Virus record (IMG/VR): IMGVR_UViG_3300049988_000124
Location: 96,001 to 160,000 of that record
Length of the DNA: 64,000 bases
Reading direction: 5' to 3' (one strand)
From: a virus
Lineage: Duplodnaviria > Caudoviricetes
Shown: one piece after another, positions 16,356 through 24,789 of the stretch
How positions within the stretch are numbered: position 1 is the first letter of the stretch
How the letters are laid out: every line of letters begins with the position of its first letter
Position numbers and translations under genes: made by a program
The notes under the pieces: generated by a model
What the model saw: only the letters and a program-made list of their open reading frames with translations
Database searches by the model: none
What the model was told of the DNA's origin: nothing

Positions 16356-18845
16356 TTAATTGTAGATACGAAGGTATTCGTTGGCCGTGGTGAAACGAGC
16401 CATCTGGTACATACCAGCACCGGTCGCCGAGGTTCCATTGGAACTGATGACGATCTCTGCCTTGGTCTCAGGATGTGTCAGAAGAACACGACCTTCACCT
16501 GTCTGCACGTTGAACACGATGGTGACGATCACGTTCAAGAACACCTGATCAAAACCAATAATGGCCCTGACAAGTGAATTAGGAATGTAACCGGCAAATG
16601 CACCACCGACAATCACGCGCAAGTTACCACCATCGAACAGAACGCCGTACTTCACGGTACCAAGACCGGAATTATTGGTGATCCAATTCTCAGGATAGTC
16701 ACTGTTGTAGGTGAGCCCTGCAATAATGCCACCAGTGATCATGGACGGCGCTGCAACGCGGCATGTTGCCCAAGGATAACCGAGTGACGAGGTGTATCCA
16801 GTCTGGTTCTGACTACGCCAGAATGCTTCGCTGTTCTTGGTGGCCATGAGACGGTTGTTGTCATCGAAGACCACGCCCGGTGGCGTACTTGTCTCAGTCT
16901 TAGCGCCCGGTGCCACAAAGCCAGTCGGCAGAACCGTTGACAAGATCGGCAAACTACCTGCAGCAAAAGACGGCGTCCAACGATCAGCAGGCGAGGGACC
17001 AGTAAAGGTACCAGTCTTGCGGATCGTCTCGAACTCACCACGAGGAATGTCGTAGCGCGTTGTTACCGAGGCACCATTTGGCCACGCTGAGGTATTCTGC
17101 GGAATCCGGTTAACGCGAGCACCAACCGCAACGAGTCCCTCGGCCTGGAGGGTGTTGCTCGGGTGATAGGTCACAAAGACGCTCTCGCCACGAATGTCAG
17201 GCTTGCCGCTATTGGGGGCTGGGAACGGTGACTGATCGTAGACCCGCATCGTGAGCGTCATCGCGGGCGATGTCGGATTGGTGTTCACGATCTTGTTCTG
17301 GTCAATGATCAGGTTGCGCGTAATACCTGGGCCACGCCAGGTAAAGTCAGCGCCACCGCAATCTTCGAAGGTGTTGTAAGAGATTTCTCCGGAAGCACCA
17401 ATGATCGAGAATGCACCAAGGTTTGCCCAACCAACACGGCGGAAGATGTTGTCAGTCAGGACCACGTGGCTAGCAGTAGCCATGATCGCACCCTGAACGT
17501 ACTCAGCACCACCGACGACTTCGTTACCGATCTCACCGTTACGGTCGCAATCAGAAAAGAGGTTGCCGGTCATCTGAATGCCGTTCATTCCAGCCAGCTG
17601 GAACGGGAAGCGACAACCAACGACCTTGTTGTTGATAAAGGAGGCGTGATACTCAGCCCCTGCGTAGGATGAACCGGTGGTAACCAGACCACCCTTCAGT
17701 CGCTCGAAGGTGTTTCCATCAGCCGTGATGAACTGAACAGGATTGACTGCCTGACGCGCATCGGTGTTAGCATTGAAGAACCAAGCAAGGCCTGCTGCAC
17801 CACCATCACGCGACGTCGAATCCTTGATGGTGACGTTGCGCATGATCGAGACTGACACCAGCTGGTTCTGCTTCAGTGCCAGGAACGAGGCGAGCATCGG
17901 ATTGCCGCTGTTGGGATTGAAGTTGTCCTGGGTAGAACCAGTAAACGTCTTACCCGACTTAGCACAATTGCTGGTGTGAACGTTCTCGATGGTGAGATAG
18001 TCAACGTCCGTTACCACGATCGCGGAGGCGTTATTCTGGTTGGCCCCATTGATGTTGGTGTCACGAATGATGACGTGACGGTTGTGACGATTCTGCTGAC
18101 CACCATCGATGTGACCGTTAGCGATCTGAATAGCCACACCCCGGTGACCTAGGATCTCGCAATTCTCGAACAAGAAATGCTCAACGGCACTGGCGTGAAT
18201 CTGTGCTTGATACTCAGAGAAGCCGTCGGACTGAACGTTACTAACAAGGGTGATACCGTTGAAGTGAATGTTCTTAAAGACGTAGGCCTGACGGTCTTCG
18301 CCGTTCGTCGTGGTACCAGGAGTGTTAACGGGATTGCATGTGAAAATATACGGCTTGTTACGATCAGCACGGCGGAAGCGGGAGAGACCCTTCACACCGT
18401 AGACGGTCATTCCTGACCACATATTGCCCGAGTCATTGGGATTGGGCAGAGCGTTGTTGGTAGGGGCAGTAAGTGTGCCACCGTTCGCAGTGTCACTGGC
18501 CTGCGACCAGCTGTCCACCAGATAGTCACCGACCTGGTCACGGAAGCGAACGATGATGGCAGCGTTCGTACCCTTGTCGACGCCGTCGTCGCGCGTCGTA
18601 CCGCTACCCTTACCAGGAGTAGCCCAGATCGGGAAACCCTTGTCGATCTGGATTACCTTGGCACGCTGGAGCGCCAGCTTGTCATCGAGCTCACCTGCAC
18701 GGCGCAGTTCGTTTAGGTAGATATAGCCCTTATAGTCGTCGGTGACCGTACCAAGATTAGCAGTCTTGGCTTCGAGGGCTGCTGTTCGGCTTTTCAGAGA
18801 GATAATGTCGTTGGTATCACGCAGATACCTATTTGTCGCACCCAT
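16356..18845 (-). CDS. Tailspike / depolymerase with right-handed parallel beta-helix
   Basis: 829 aa rich in Asn/Gly/Thr/Ile with pectin-lyase-like repeats (ITADGNTFE, ASFINNKVVGC, MTGNLFSDC, LTDNIFRRV, ISYNTFEDC) and a short N-terminal coiled anchor. Confidence 0.7.
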   Translation of the reverse strand: MGATNRYLRDTNDIISLKSRTAALEAKTANLGTVTDDYKGYIYLNELRRAGELDDKLALQRAKVIQIDKGFPIWATPGKGSGTTRDDGVDKGTNAAIIVRFRDQVGDYLVDSWSQASDTANGGTLTAPTNNALPNPNDSGNMWSGMTVYGVKGLSRFRRADRNKPYIFTCNPVNTPGTTTNGEDRQAYVFKNIHFNGITLVSNVQSDGFSEYQAQIHASAVEHFLFENCEILGHRGVAIQIANGHIDGGQQNRHNRHVIIRDTNINGANQNNASAIVVTDVDYLTIENVHTSNCAKSGKTFTGSTQDNFNPNSGNPMLASFLALKQNQLVSVSIMRNVTIKDSTSRDGGAAGLAWFFNANTDARQAVNPVQFITADGNTFERLKGGLVTTGSSYAGAEYHASFINNKVVGCRFPFQLAGMNGIQMTGNLFSDCDRNGEIGNEVVGGAEYVQGAIMATASHVVLTDNIFRRVGWANLGAFSIIGASGEISYNTFEDCGGADFTWRGPGITRNLIIDQNKIVNTNPTSPAMTLTMRVYDQSPFPAPNSGKPDIRGESVFVTYHPSNTLQAEGLVAVGARVNRIPQNTSAWPNGASVTTRYDIPRGEFETIRKTGTFTGPSPADRWTPSFAAGSLPILSTVLPTGFVAPGAKTETSTPPGVVFDDNNRLMATKNSEAFWRSQNQTGYTSSLGYPWATCRVAAPSMITGGIIAGLTYNSDYPENWITNNSGLGTVKYGVLFDGGNLRVIVGGAFAGYIPNSLVRAIIGFDQVFLNVIVTIVFNVQTGEGRVLLTHPETKAEIVISSNGTSATGAGMYQMARFTTANEYLRIYN

Positions 18846-18893
18846 GTTTAAACTTTCTCAAACAAGAAGAACAGTGGTTGAGATGTTCAACCA

Positions 18894-19448
18894 TTAGGCA
18901 TTCAGCGTGCGCAGTGCCTTGACTTCGTTTGCCGGATCAACCTGCGCAAACGCCTGATAGAGAACTGCCTTCAGGACCGAGATCACGGTCTTCAGCGCAT
19001 TGTTGATGAGCTGAATACGGTTAAGGGTCGAGCCGGGAACCAGACCAGGGCTCGCAATCAGAGTCAGGATCACCGAACCAATGAACGTCGAGAGCTTCGT
19101 GAAAAGGGTGAGAATGGAATCGGTAACCGTACGAACACTCTCGGTGTTATACTCAATCGTTACCTTGCCCTCGGAGACCTTGTTGAACTCCGATGAAACA
19201 ATCGTCAACTGCTCGATGAACTCAGAGGCCAGACCCACGCCCTTCTCCATACCAGGTACCTGGCTCAGGATGGTCATGATGGTGTTGGCGCTGTTCAACG
19301 TTGCCTCGAGGTAGGCGTTGATCTTCCCGACGTTCAAGACGATTGTGGTAGCGGTTCCCTCACGTGTGGTCATACAACCGCCAGTGGCGGCAATAAGAGC
19401 GCCAGCACTCAATAATGAGAACAGGCGACGACGGTTAAACGTCTGCAT
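18894..19448 (-). CDS. Putative twin-arginine-signal lipoprotein
   Basis: MQTFNRRRLFSLLSAGALIAATGG-C: RRxF motif, hydrophobic core and a lipobox-like Cys; amphipathic helical body. Confidence 0.65.
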   Translation of the reverse strand: MQTFNRRRLFSLLSAGALIAATGGCMTTREGTATTIVLNVGKINAYLEATLNSANTIMTILSQVPGMEKGVGLASEFIEQLTIVSSEFNKVSEGKVTIEYNTESVRTVTDSILTLFTKLSTFIGSVILTLIASPGLVPGSTLNRIQLINNALKTVISVLKAVLYQAFAQVDPANEVKALRTLNA

Positions 19449-19507
19449 ATAAAACTCCTAATGGTATAAAATAACTGTAGGTAAAACCCGTCCATACCAT
19501 CACAAGG

Positions 19508-19543
19508 GATATACCCTAGGGCCAATTGGCCCTAGGGTATATC
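19508..19543. repeat. 36-bp perfect palindrome (terminator-like)
   Basis: GATATACCCTAGGGCCAA/TTGGCCCTAGGGTATATC downstream of nrdB. Confidence 0.85.
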
Positions 19544-19565
19544 TGTCTTTCTCGTTTGTTCTAAC

Positions 19566-20708
19566 TCAGTTAGCCCATGCCTCTTCCCAGGTGCCCTTGG
19601 TGGCTGCCTTGGAATAGTCAGTGCCGGTCTGCTCGAAGAAGTTAACGTGCTCAATGCCGCCCATCATGTCGTTGACGAACTCACCGATCACCGGATCCAT
19701 CTCGGTATTGAAGAGCTTCTTCAGACCGAACTGCGTCATGCGCAAGTCAGCGATGTTCTCGATGTAGTTCTTGACGTTCTGAGCCTCCAGACCCTCAACA
19801 CCGCCCAGCTGGAAAGCGAGGTCGGTGAAGCGGTGCTCACCCTTAACGATGGTGCGGCACGCCTTCTCGAAACGATCCATGAGGAGGTCGAGGTCGAGGA
19901 GGTGACCATATTCCTGAAGGAAAGCCTTGAAGAGGCGAGCAACGAAGGAGACGTGGAGTGACTCATCACGCACTGACCAGCTGACAACCGTACCCATGCC
20001 CTTCAGCTTACCGAAGCGGGTAAAGTTGAACATCGTCACGAAGGAAGCGAAGAGCTGCACGCCCTCAGTCAGACCACCGAAGATGAGAAGAGCAAGAGCA
20101 ATCCCCATCAAGCTGTCCATCCGGAAGCCTGCGGTGAAATTGTACTTGTCCGACATCTCGGCATATTCCATGAACACGGAATAATGATCAGCCGAGAAAC
20201 CAAGACCATCCAGGAGATGCGAGTAGGCAACCTGGTGAATGCCTTCCTGGTTCATGATCGCGCTGATCGCCAGCTGCAACTCAACGGGACGGAAGATCTT
20301 GTAATATTGGTCGCCGTACGCGTTACCGACCAGGACGTCATTCTGCACAAAAAGCGGGAACATGTGCGTCATGAGATTCTGTTCGGCTTTGCTCATCTTG
20401 GTCTTCCAGTCACGAAGATCAAGCTCAACATCGATCTTGTGCCAGAGCCAGTGCAGCTGATTCTGCCGCTCGAACATCTTAAAGCCGAAGTCGTAGCGGA
20501 ACGGCTTGAAGCACGCAGACGGCGTCATGATGTTCGCCTCAGGTACCCCTGGCAGACGCGTCAAGTCGAGATACTTCAGCGGAATGTCAGCGATCTCTTT
20601 CTGGGGGATACGCCCTGAGATGATGTCCGACATGATGGACTCTCGCTTGGAAGCGAGGTTCTCATACTGCTCCTTGTCATACGTCATCAGCTGGGAGAAG
20701 ATCGACAT
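19566..20708 (-). CDS. nrdB: Class Ia ribonucleotide reductase beta subunit
   Basis: FKPFRY, D in VQND, EGIH..AY (radical Tyr), TEGVQLF, RDESLH, C-terminal NFFE..TDY; likely start MSIFSQ at 20708. Confidence 0.95.
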   Translation of the reverse strand: MSIFSQLMTYDKEQYENLASKRESIMSDIISGRIPQKEIADIPLKYLDLTRLPGVPEANIMTPSACFKPFRYDFGFKMFERQNQLHWLWHKIDVELDLRDWKTKMSKAEQNLMTHMFPLFVQNDVLVGNAYGDQYYKIFRPVELQLAISAIMNQEGIHQVAYSHLLDGLGFSADHYSVFMEYAEMSDKYNFTAGFRMDSLMGIALALLIFGGLTEGVQLFASFVTMFNFTRFGKLKGMGTVVSWSVRDESLHVSFVARLFKAFLQEYGHLLDLDLLMDRFEKACRTIVKGEHRFTDLAFQLGGVEGLEAQNVKNYIENIADLRMTQFGLKKLFNTEMDPVIGEFVNDMMGGIEHVNFFEQTGTDYSKAATKGTWEEAWAN

Positions 20709-20746
20709 CGGTAATCCTTCTTTCTTGTGCAAATAGAAATGGACTA

Positions 20747-20776
20747 ACAGGAGAGGGGAACCAGCCCCTCTCCTGT
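20747..20776. terminator. GA-arm hairpin between nrdA and nrdB
   Basis: ACAGGAGAGGGG-AACCAG-CCCCTCTCCTGT. Confidence 0.7.
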
Positions 20777-20847
20777 GAACTTGGGGTCTATATAGTGTTT
20801 AAACGAAGAGGCAGAAAAGGTTTTATCTGTCTAGGAGACAAGTAGGT

Positions 20848-22809
20848 TCATTGACAAGCGAGACACTCATCATAGTCAATCTTCTTGTACTCAGTCTGGA
20901 TCTCAGCGCGATTACCACCAGTGGTCGTATCAGCACGCTGAATGGAGAAGGAGCGCAGGTAGTACATCGACTTGATACCGAGCTTCCAAGCCATCTCGTG
21001 GATCTTCCAAAGATCACGCTTGTGGCAATCAGGCGTCATCGCGATGTTCAGAGACTGCGATTGTGAGATGTAGGGAGTACGGTCGGCTGCAAGCTCGATC
21101 AGCCAACGCTGGTCAATCTCGAAGGACGTCTTATAGGTGAGTAGTTCATTCTCGTCGAGGAAGTCGAGATGCTGAACAGAGCCATTGTTATCAAGGATGC
21201 TATCCCAGACTACAGCGGTATTCTGACCCTTGGCTTCTAGAAGCTTCTCGAGGTGGAGGTTCTTTACCTTAAAGGAACCATCCAGCGTCTTTTGCGTGTA
21301 GACGTTAGCTGGGATCGCATCGATACCTGCTGACACACCACCACAGATGATGGAGACAGAAGCAGTAGGAGCAATCGCGGTCTTGTTAGAGAAGCGCTCC
21401 ATGATGCCGTGTTCATTTGCGTCAGGGCAAGCACCACGCTCTTCGGCAATGAGGCGTGAGGCTTCATTTACTTTGGCGTCGATGTGCTTGAACATCCTGA
21501 GGTTCCAGGACTTCGCCATGGCACCCTCGATGGGTAGACCCTTGCCCTGCAGGAAGCTGTGGAAGCCCATGACACCCAGGCCAACCGAACGCTCGCGCAT
21601 CGCTGAGTAGCGTGACTTCTCGAACTCAGGACCTGCATTGACGATGAAGTCTTCCAGCACGTTGTCGAGGAAGTACATGATGTCCAGGATGAACTGGGGA
21701 TCCTTGCTCCACTCTTCGAACTTCTCCAGATTGGTCTGGAAGAGGCAGCAGACAGCCGTGCGGTCAATGCCGTGGTGATCGCGCCCAGTTGGCAGCGTAA
21801 TCTCCACGCACAGGTTGCTGGTCTTGACGAGCAGACCCGACTTCTTGTGGTGCTCCGGAATGCGCTTGTTCACGTTGTCGATGAACAAGAGGTAAGGCTC
21901 ACCGTGCTCGAGACGCTCGATAAGGATAGCCTGCATCAGCTCACGGGCATCAACGGTCTCGACGACCTCGCCGGTCTTGGGGCAGATAAGCTCCCAACCG
22001 ATACCCTGCTGGACGGCTTCCATGAACGCATCGGGAATGGTAATCCCGTGGTGAAGGAAGAGAGCCTTGCGCTTGGGATCACCACCGGTGTCGTTGCGCA
22101 TGTGGATATAGGTGACGATCTCGGGATGGTTGATCGGCACGTAGACGGCAGCAGCGCCGCGACGGTTGGTCCCTTGCGAGATACAGGCGGTCAGCGAATC
22201 CATGACCTTGGTAAAGGAGAACGCACCGGAGGTCTTACCGTTCAGCTTGGCCTTGGCACCGATGCCGCGCACGTTGCCCCAGTAGGTACCGATACCACCA
22301 CCTGCAGCACCCATCCAGATGTTGTCGTTCCAGGTATCGACGATCCCACCCTTGCCCTTGAGCGAGTCATTGACTTCGTTCAGGAAGCACGAGATGAGGT
22401 TGCCCTTCATGTTGCCGCCATTCGACAGGATCGGTGTCGCAGGCATGCACCAGAGCTTGGAGATATAACCGTACATCCGCTGTGCATGGGCTGCATCATT
22501 GGCATAGTAGCGCACGCAATTGGCGAAGCGGTCCTGGGGTGTCTCATCCTCGATGAGGTAGCGGTCCTTCATGGTCGACAGACCAAAAGGCGTCAGGAGA
22601 CTGTTCATGCTATCATCAACGATGACCTGGGGAACAGGCATCGTGCGGGCGACCGCATTCTCGTTGTCACGAGCGTAGCGCTGGTTGCCCGTCAGTACGG
22701 ATTCGGCGACACTCGTGACCGACTTGGCGGCGACGTAGGTCGGCTCGTCGTAGGCAGCTGGAACGGAATCTGCGCTTGCAGGGTCGAAGGACCCACTGAA
22801 ATCCATCAT
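20848..22809 (-). CDS. nrdA: Class Ia ribonucleotide reductase alpha subunit (no ATP cone)
   Basis: PATPILSNGG, LISCFL, TSNLCVEI, AVCCL, RERSVGLGVMG, TAIAPTAS, SQSQSLN, KSMYYLR, C-terminal CLAC. Confidence 0.97.
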   Translation of the reverse strand: MMDFSGSFDPASADSVPAAYDEPTYVAAKSVTSVAESVLTGNQRYARDNENAVARTMPVPQVIVDDSMNSLLTPFGLSTMKDRYLIEDETPQDRFANCVRYYANDAAHAQRMYGYISKLWCMPATPILSNGGNMKGNLISCFLNEVNDSLKGKGGIVDTWNDNIWMGAAGGGIGTYWGNVRGIGAKAKLNGKTSGAFSFTKVMDSLTACISQGTNRRGAAAVYVPINHPEIVTYIHMRNDTGGDPKRKALFLHHGITIPDAFMEAVQQGIGWELICPKTGEVVETVDARELMQAILIERLEHGEPYLLFIDNVNKRIPEHHKKSGLLVKTSNLCVEITLPTGRDHHGIDRTAVCCLFQTNLEKFEEWSKDPQFILDIMYFLDNVLEDFIVNAGPEFEKSRYSAMRERSVGLGVMGFHSFLQGKGLPIEGAMAKSWNLRMFKHIDAKVNEASRLIAEERGACPDANEHGIMERFSNKTAIAPTASVSIICGGVSAGIDAIPANVYTQKTLDGSFKVKNLHLEKLLEAKGQNTAVVWDSILDNNGSVQHLDFLDENELLTYKTSFEIDQRWLIELAADRTPYISQSQSLNIAMTPDCHKRDLWKIHEMAWKLGIKSMYYLRSFSIQRADTTTGGNRAEIQTEYKKIDYDECLACQ

Positions 22810-22982
22810 AAAAAGTGTTCCGTTGCTTGTGTAAAAGGAAACTGGTAACCGGTTCTAAGAGAAGTATTCGGCATACAATCTAGCTCTTGAACCTGATCAC
22901 AAATTAGCCTCTTACTATGTCAAAATCGTCATGTCATGACACCCAAAAGCAACGTAAATATTTTCACTGAGCACCATTTCTT

Positions 22983-23246
22983 ATGGTTCCACAATGTTTA
23001 TACAACAGAGGATGGTTCGTTATGGTAATTTCACCCATCGCCACCGGGCGAAAGCAGTGGCAGGTCCATGTCGGCTGCTACGCTAAGCATGACTTGAGTG
23101 AATTGAGTAGGCACAGCTACGGTCCTTTCAAGCATCGCTGGATTGCAGCCATGGTCGGATGGTCTCTTTCCTGGGACTCATGTGGCGGAATCATCTGTAA
23201 CTACTGGACAGAAGAAGTACCATTGTCATCACTTGATGCTATGTAA
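22983..23246 (+). CDS. Possible small plus-strand protein
   Basis: 87 aa ORF (or a shorter form from MVISP) in the gap between nrdA and the next core gene; no motif. Confidence 0.4.
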   Translation: MVPQCLYNRGWFVMVISPIATGRKQWQVHVGCYAKHDLSELSRHSYGPFKHRWIAAMVGWSLSWDSCGGIICNYWTEEVPLSSLDAM

Positions 23247-23271
23247 AGGGCAAGCGGTGAGTATTTGATAC

Positions 23272-23433
23272 ATGATAGCAAGTATATTTAAAGTCGACTC
23301 TGAAACCAGGACTCCTAAAGAAGACTGGATCAGAGACGTTCAAGAATTTCAGATACTCAGTCGCGGCGGTGAAGCACCTGACAGTGCTGAATCTTTGTCA
23401 ATTGAATATGACAAACAAGTAGCAGCGTCTTAG
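23272..23433 (+). CDS. Possible small acidic protein (not in ORF track)
   Basis: Hand translation MIASIFKVDSETRTPKEDWIRDVQEFQILSRGGEAPDSAESLSIEYDKQVAAS (53 aa), ending just before the convergent hairpin at 23451. Confidence 0.4.
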   Translation: MIASIFKVDSETRTPKEDWIRDVQEFQILSRGGEAPDSAESLSIEYDKQVAAS

Positions 23434-23450
23434 TTACCATATCTAACACT

Positions 23451-23484
23451 AGTAAGAGAGGGTGCACATGCACCCTCTCTTACT
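23451..23484. terminator. Bidirectional GA-arm hairpin
   Basis: AGTAAGAGAGGGTGCA-CA-TGCACCCTCTCTTACT. Confidence 0.8.
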
Positions 23485-23490
23485 GTGCTG

Positions 23491-24732
23491 TTATTTCATC
23501 TTCTGGATCATGCGGTAGATCATGTAATAGATTACCGCCAGACGAAGGGCTGAGCGACTGGCATCATTCACCGTGATGTTGAATGAATCTACCAAGAGCG
23601 ATACTGACCGCTTCACTGCAACGATGTCGACGTCGGTGTTCCTTGATGAGGAATAAGCATTCTTCATCTCGCGAAAGACTAGAACGCGGTTACCCATGTT
23701 GATGCGTCGTTCCCGGCAGATCCGAATCATTGAGCGAATGATCTGAATCGTAAGGGCACGCACACCAATGTAGAGGGTTCCCTCCTTGTCGGTCTTGACC
23801 TGGTCGAACGTTCTGGCTGTAGTCTGGAGCACCGCTGTCTCGTTGATACGAAGAAGCGCTGTCTTTAGCATGCGAGGAGAGATCGTCTGGAAGAGCCCGG
23901 CTGTGTCATTCACCGAGATATCGTGAACGAACATGTTGGGGTTCAGAAGCTCTGTTGCCATGGCCGCCGACGCTGATTCAATGACTGAAGCCGTCTGTGC
24001 AACAATCTTCTCGCCGTCTGCATTCTGTGACACAGAAGAGCGTGAACCAATCGAGTCACCTGCTGCATGGGCTTCGTAATAAGCTTGAGCAAAGGTCACG
24101 ATCTTGGCACGAAGCGAGGTCTGCGTCTCTGAGATTACCTGGAGGAACTGCTCATCAGGCTGGCCATCGATCAAGGTCTGGTAGAAGCGGTCATTTGGAT
24201 CCAGGATCTTCTCGACGTGGGAGTCAATGAGTTTCCTCCATGACTCGAAGCGCACGATGTCTGACTTCTTGGAGAGGCCAGCAACAGTTGCAAACATGAT
24301 GCCTTCGTTGGTACCATGGCGAAACGAGTTGTTCACGACCGAGCAGAAGATCTTGTACAAGTAGAGACGCAAGACATTCATCTGAAAGTCACGCGCTACC
24401 TTCTTGTCCTTGATGTAGGTAGGAGCCAGATGCACCAGCCACATCGAGAGCAGGTTGTAGGGATCAGACTGCACCATGAAGCTACGATTGATCGTAGGGG
24501 TGGCCGCAATCTTTAGCTCCACATCTTGTTTCCTGATATCGAAGAGCTCGAACAAGGCGTTGGTGTCGGACGGTAGCCAGGAAACAGGATGGACCCCGAG
24601 ATAGGGTCCATTAAAGGTTAAGGGGTGAACCTTTCGGAACACGAAGTGAGCTGCTAGTTTCTCGATCTCGGCGATCTGCCTACTGGAGATCGTGAGGGCA
24701 AGATTACCAAAGTTCTCTAGAATGGTACCCAT
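23491..24732 (-). CDS. Conserved phiKZ-like core protein adjacent to the terminase
   Basis: 413 aa; LGVH, TIN.SF.VQSDPYNL and ESW..L..H pattern recalled from terminase-adjacent genes of phiKZ-like phages. Confidence 0.6.
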   Translation of the reverse strand: MGTILENFGNLALTISSRQIAEIEKLAAHFVFRKVHPLTFNGPYLGVHPVSWLPSDTNALFELFDIRKQDVELKIAATPTINRSFMVQSDPYNLLSMWLVHLAPTYIKDKKVARDFQMNVLRLYLYKIFCSVVNNSFRHGTNEGIMFATVAGLSKKSDIVRFESWRKLIDSHVEKILDPNDRFYQTLIDGQPDEQFLQVISETQTSLRAKIVTFAQAYYEAHAAGDSIGSRSSVSQNADGEKIVAQTASVIESASAAMATELLNPNMFVHDISVNDTAGLFQTISPRMLKTALLRINETAVLQTTARTFDQVKTDKEGTLYIGVRALTIQIIRSMIRICRERRINMGNRVLVFREMKNAYSSSRNTDVDIVAVKRSVSLLVDSFNITVNDASRSALRLAVIYYMIYRMIQKMK

Positions 24733-24789
24733 GTGTAAAAACCATATCCTTGATTCTATCTATCACAACATGGTAGCTTGAAAACAAGC

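Noticed and set aside
20823-21017. 64-aa ORF overlapping the nrdA 3' end, and similar same-strand alternate-frame ORFs (6543..6773, 8807..9016)
   Set aside because: Nested in real genes, with no SD and no protein-like signal.
19566-22809. Unusual RNR class or intron/intein in nrdA or nrdB
   Set aside because: All iron ligands, the radical Tyr and the catalytic Cys motifs are standard class Ia, and the frames are uninterrupted.
21772-22848. Long antisense ORFs such as 21772..22848 (+), 44403..45395 (-), 56948..57739 (+), 14839..15552 (+) and 32509..33273 (+)
   Set aside because: They lie opposite well-supported genes, have no motifs or SD, and are expected shadows of strong C/G third-position bias.
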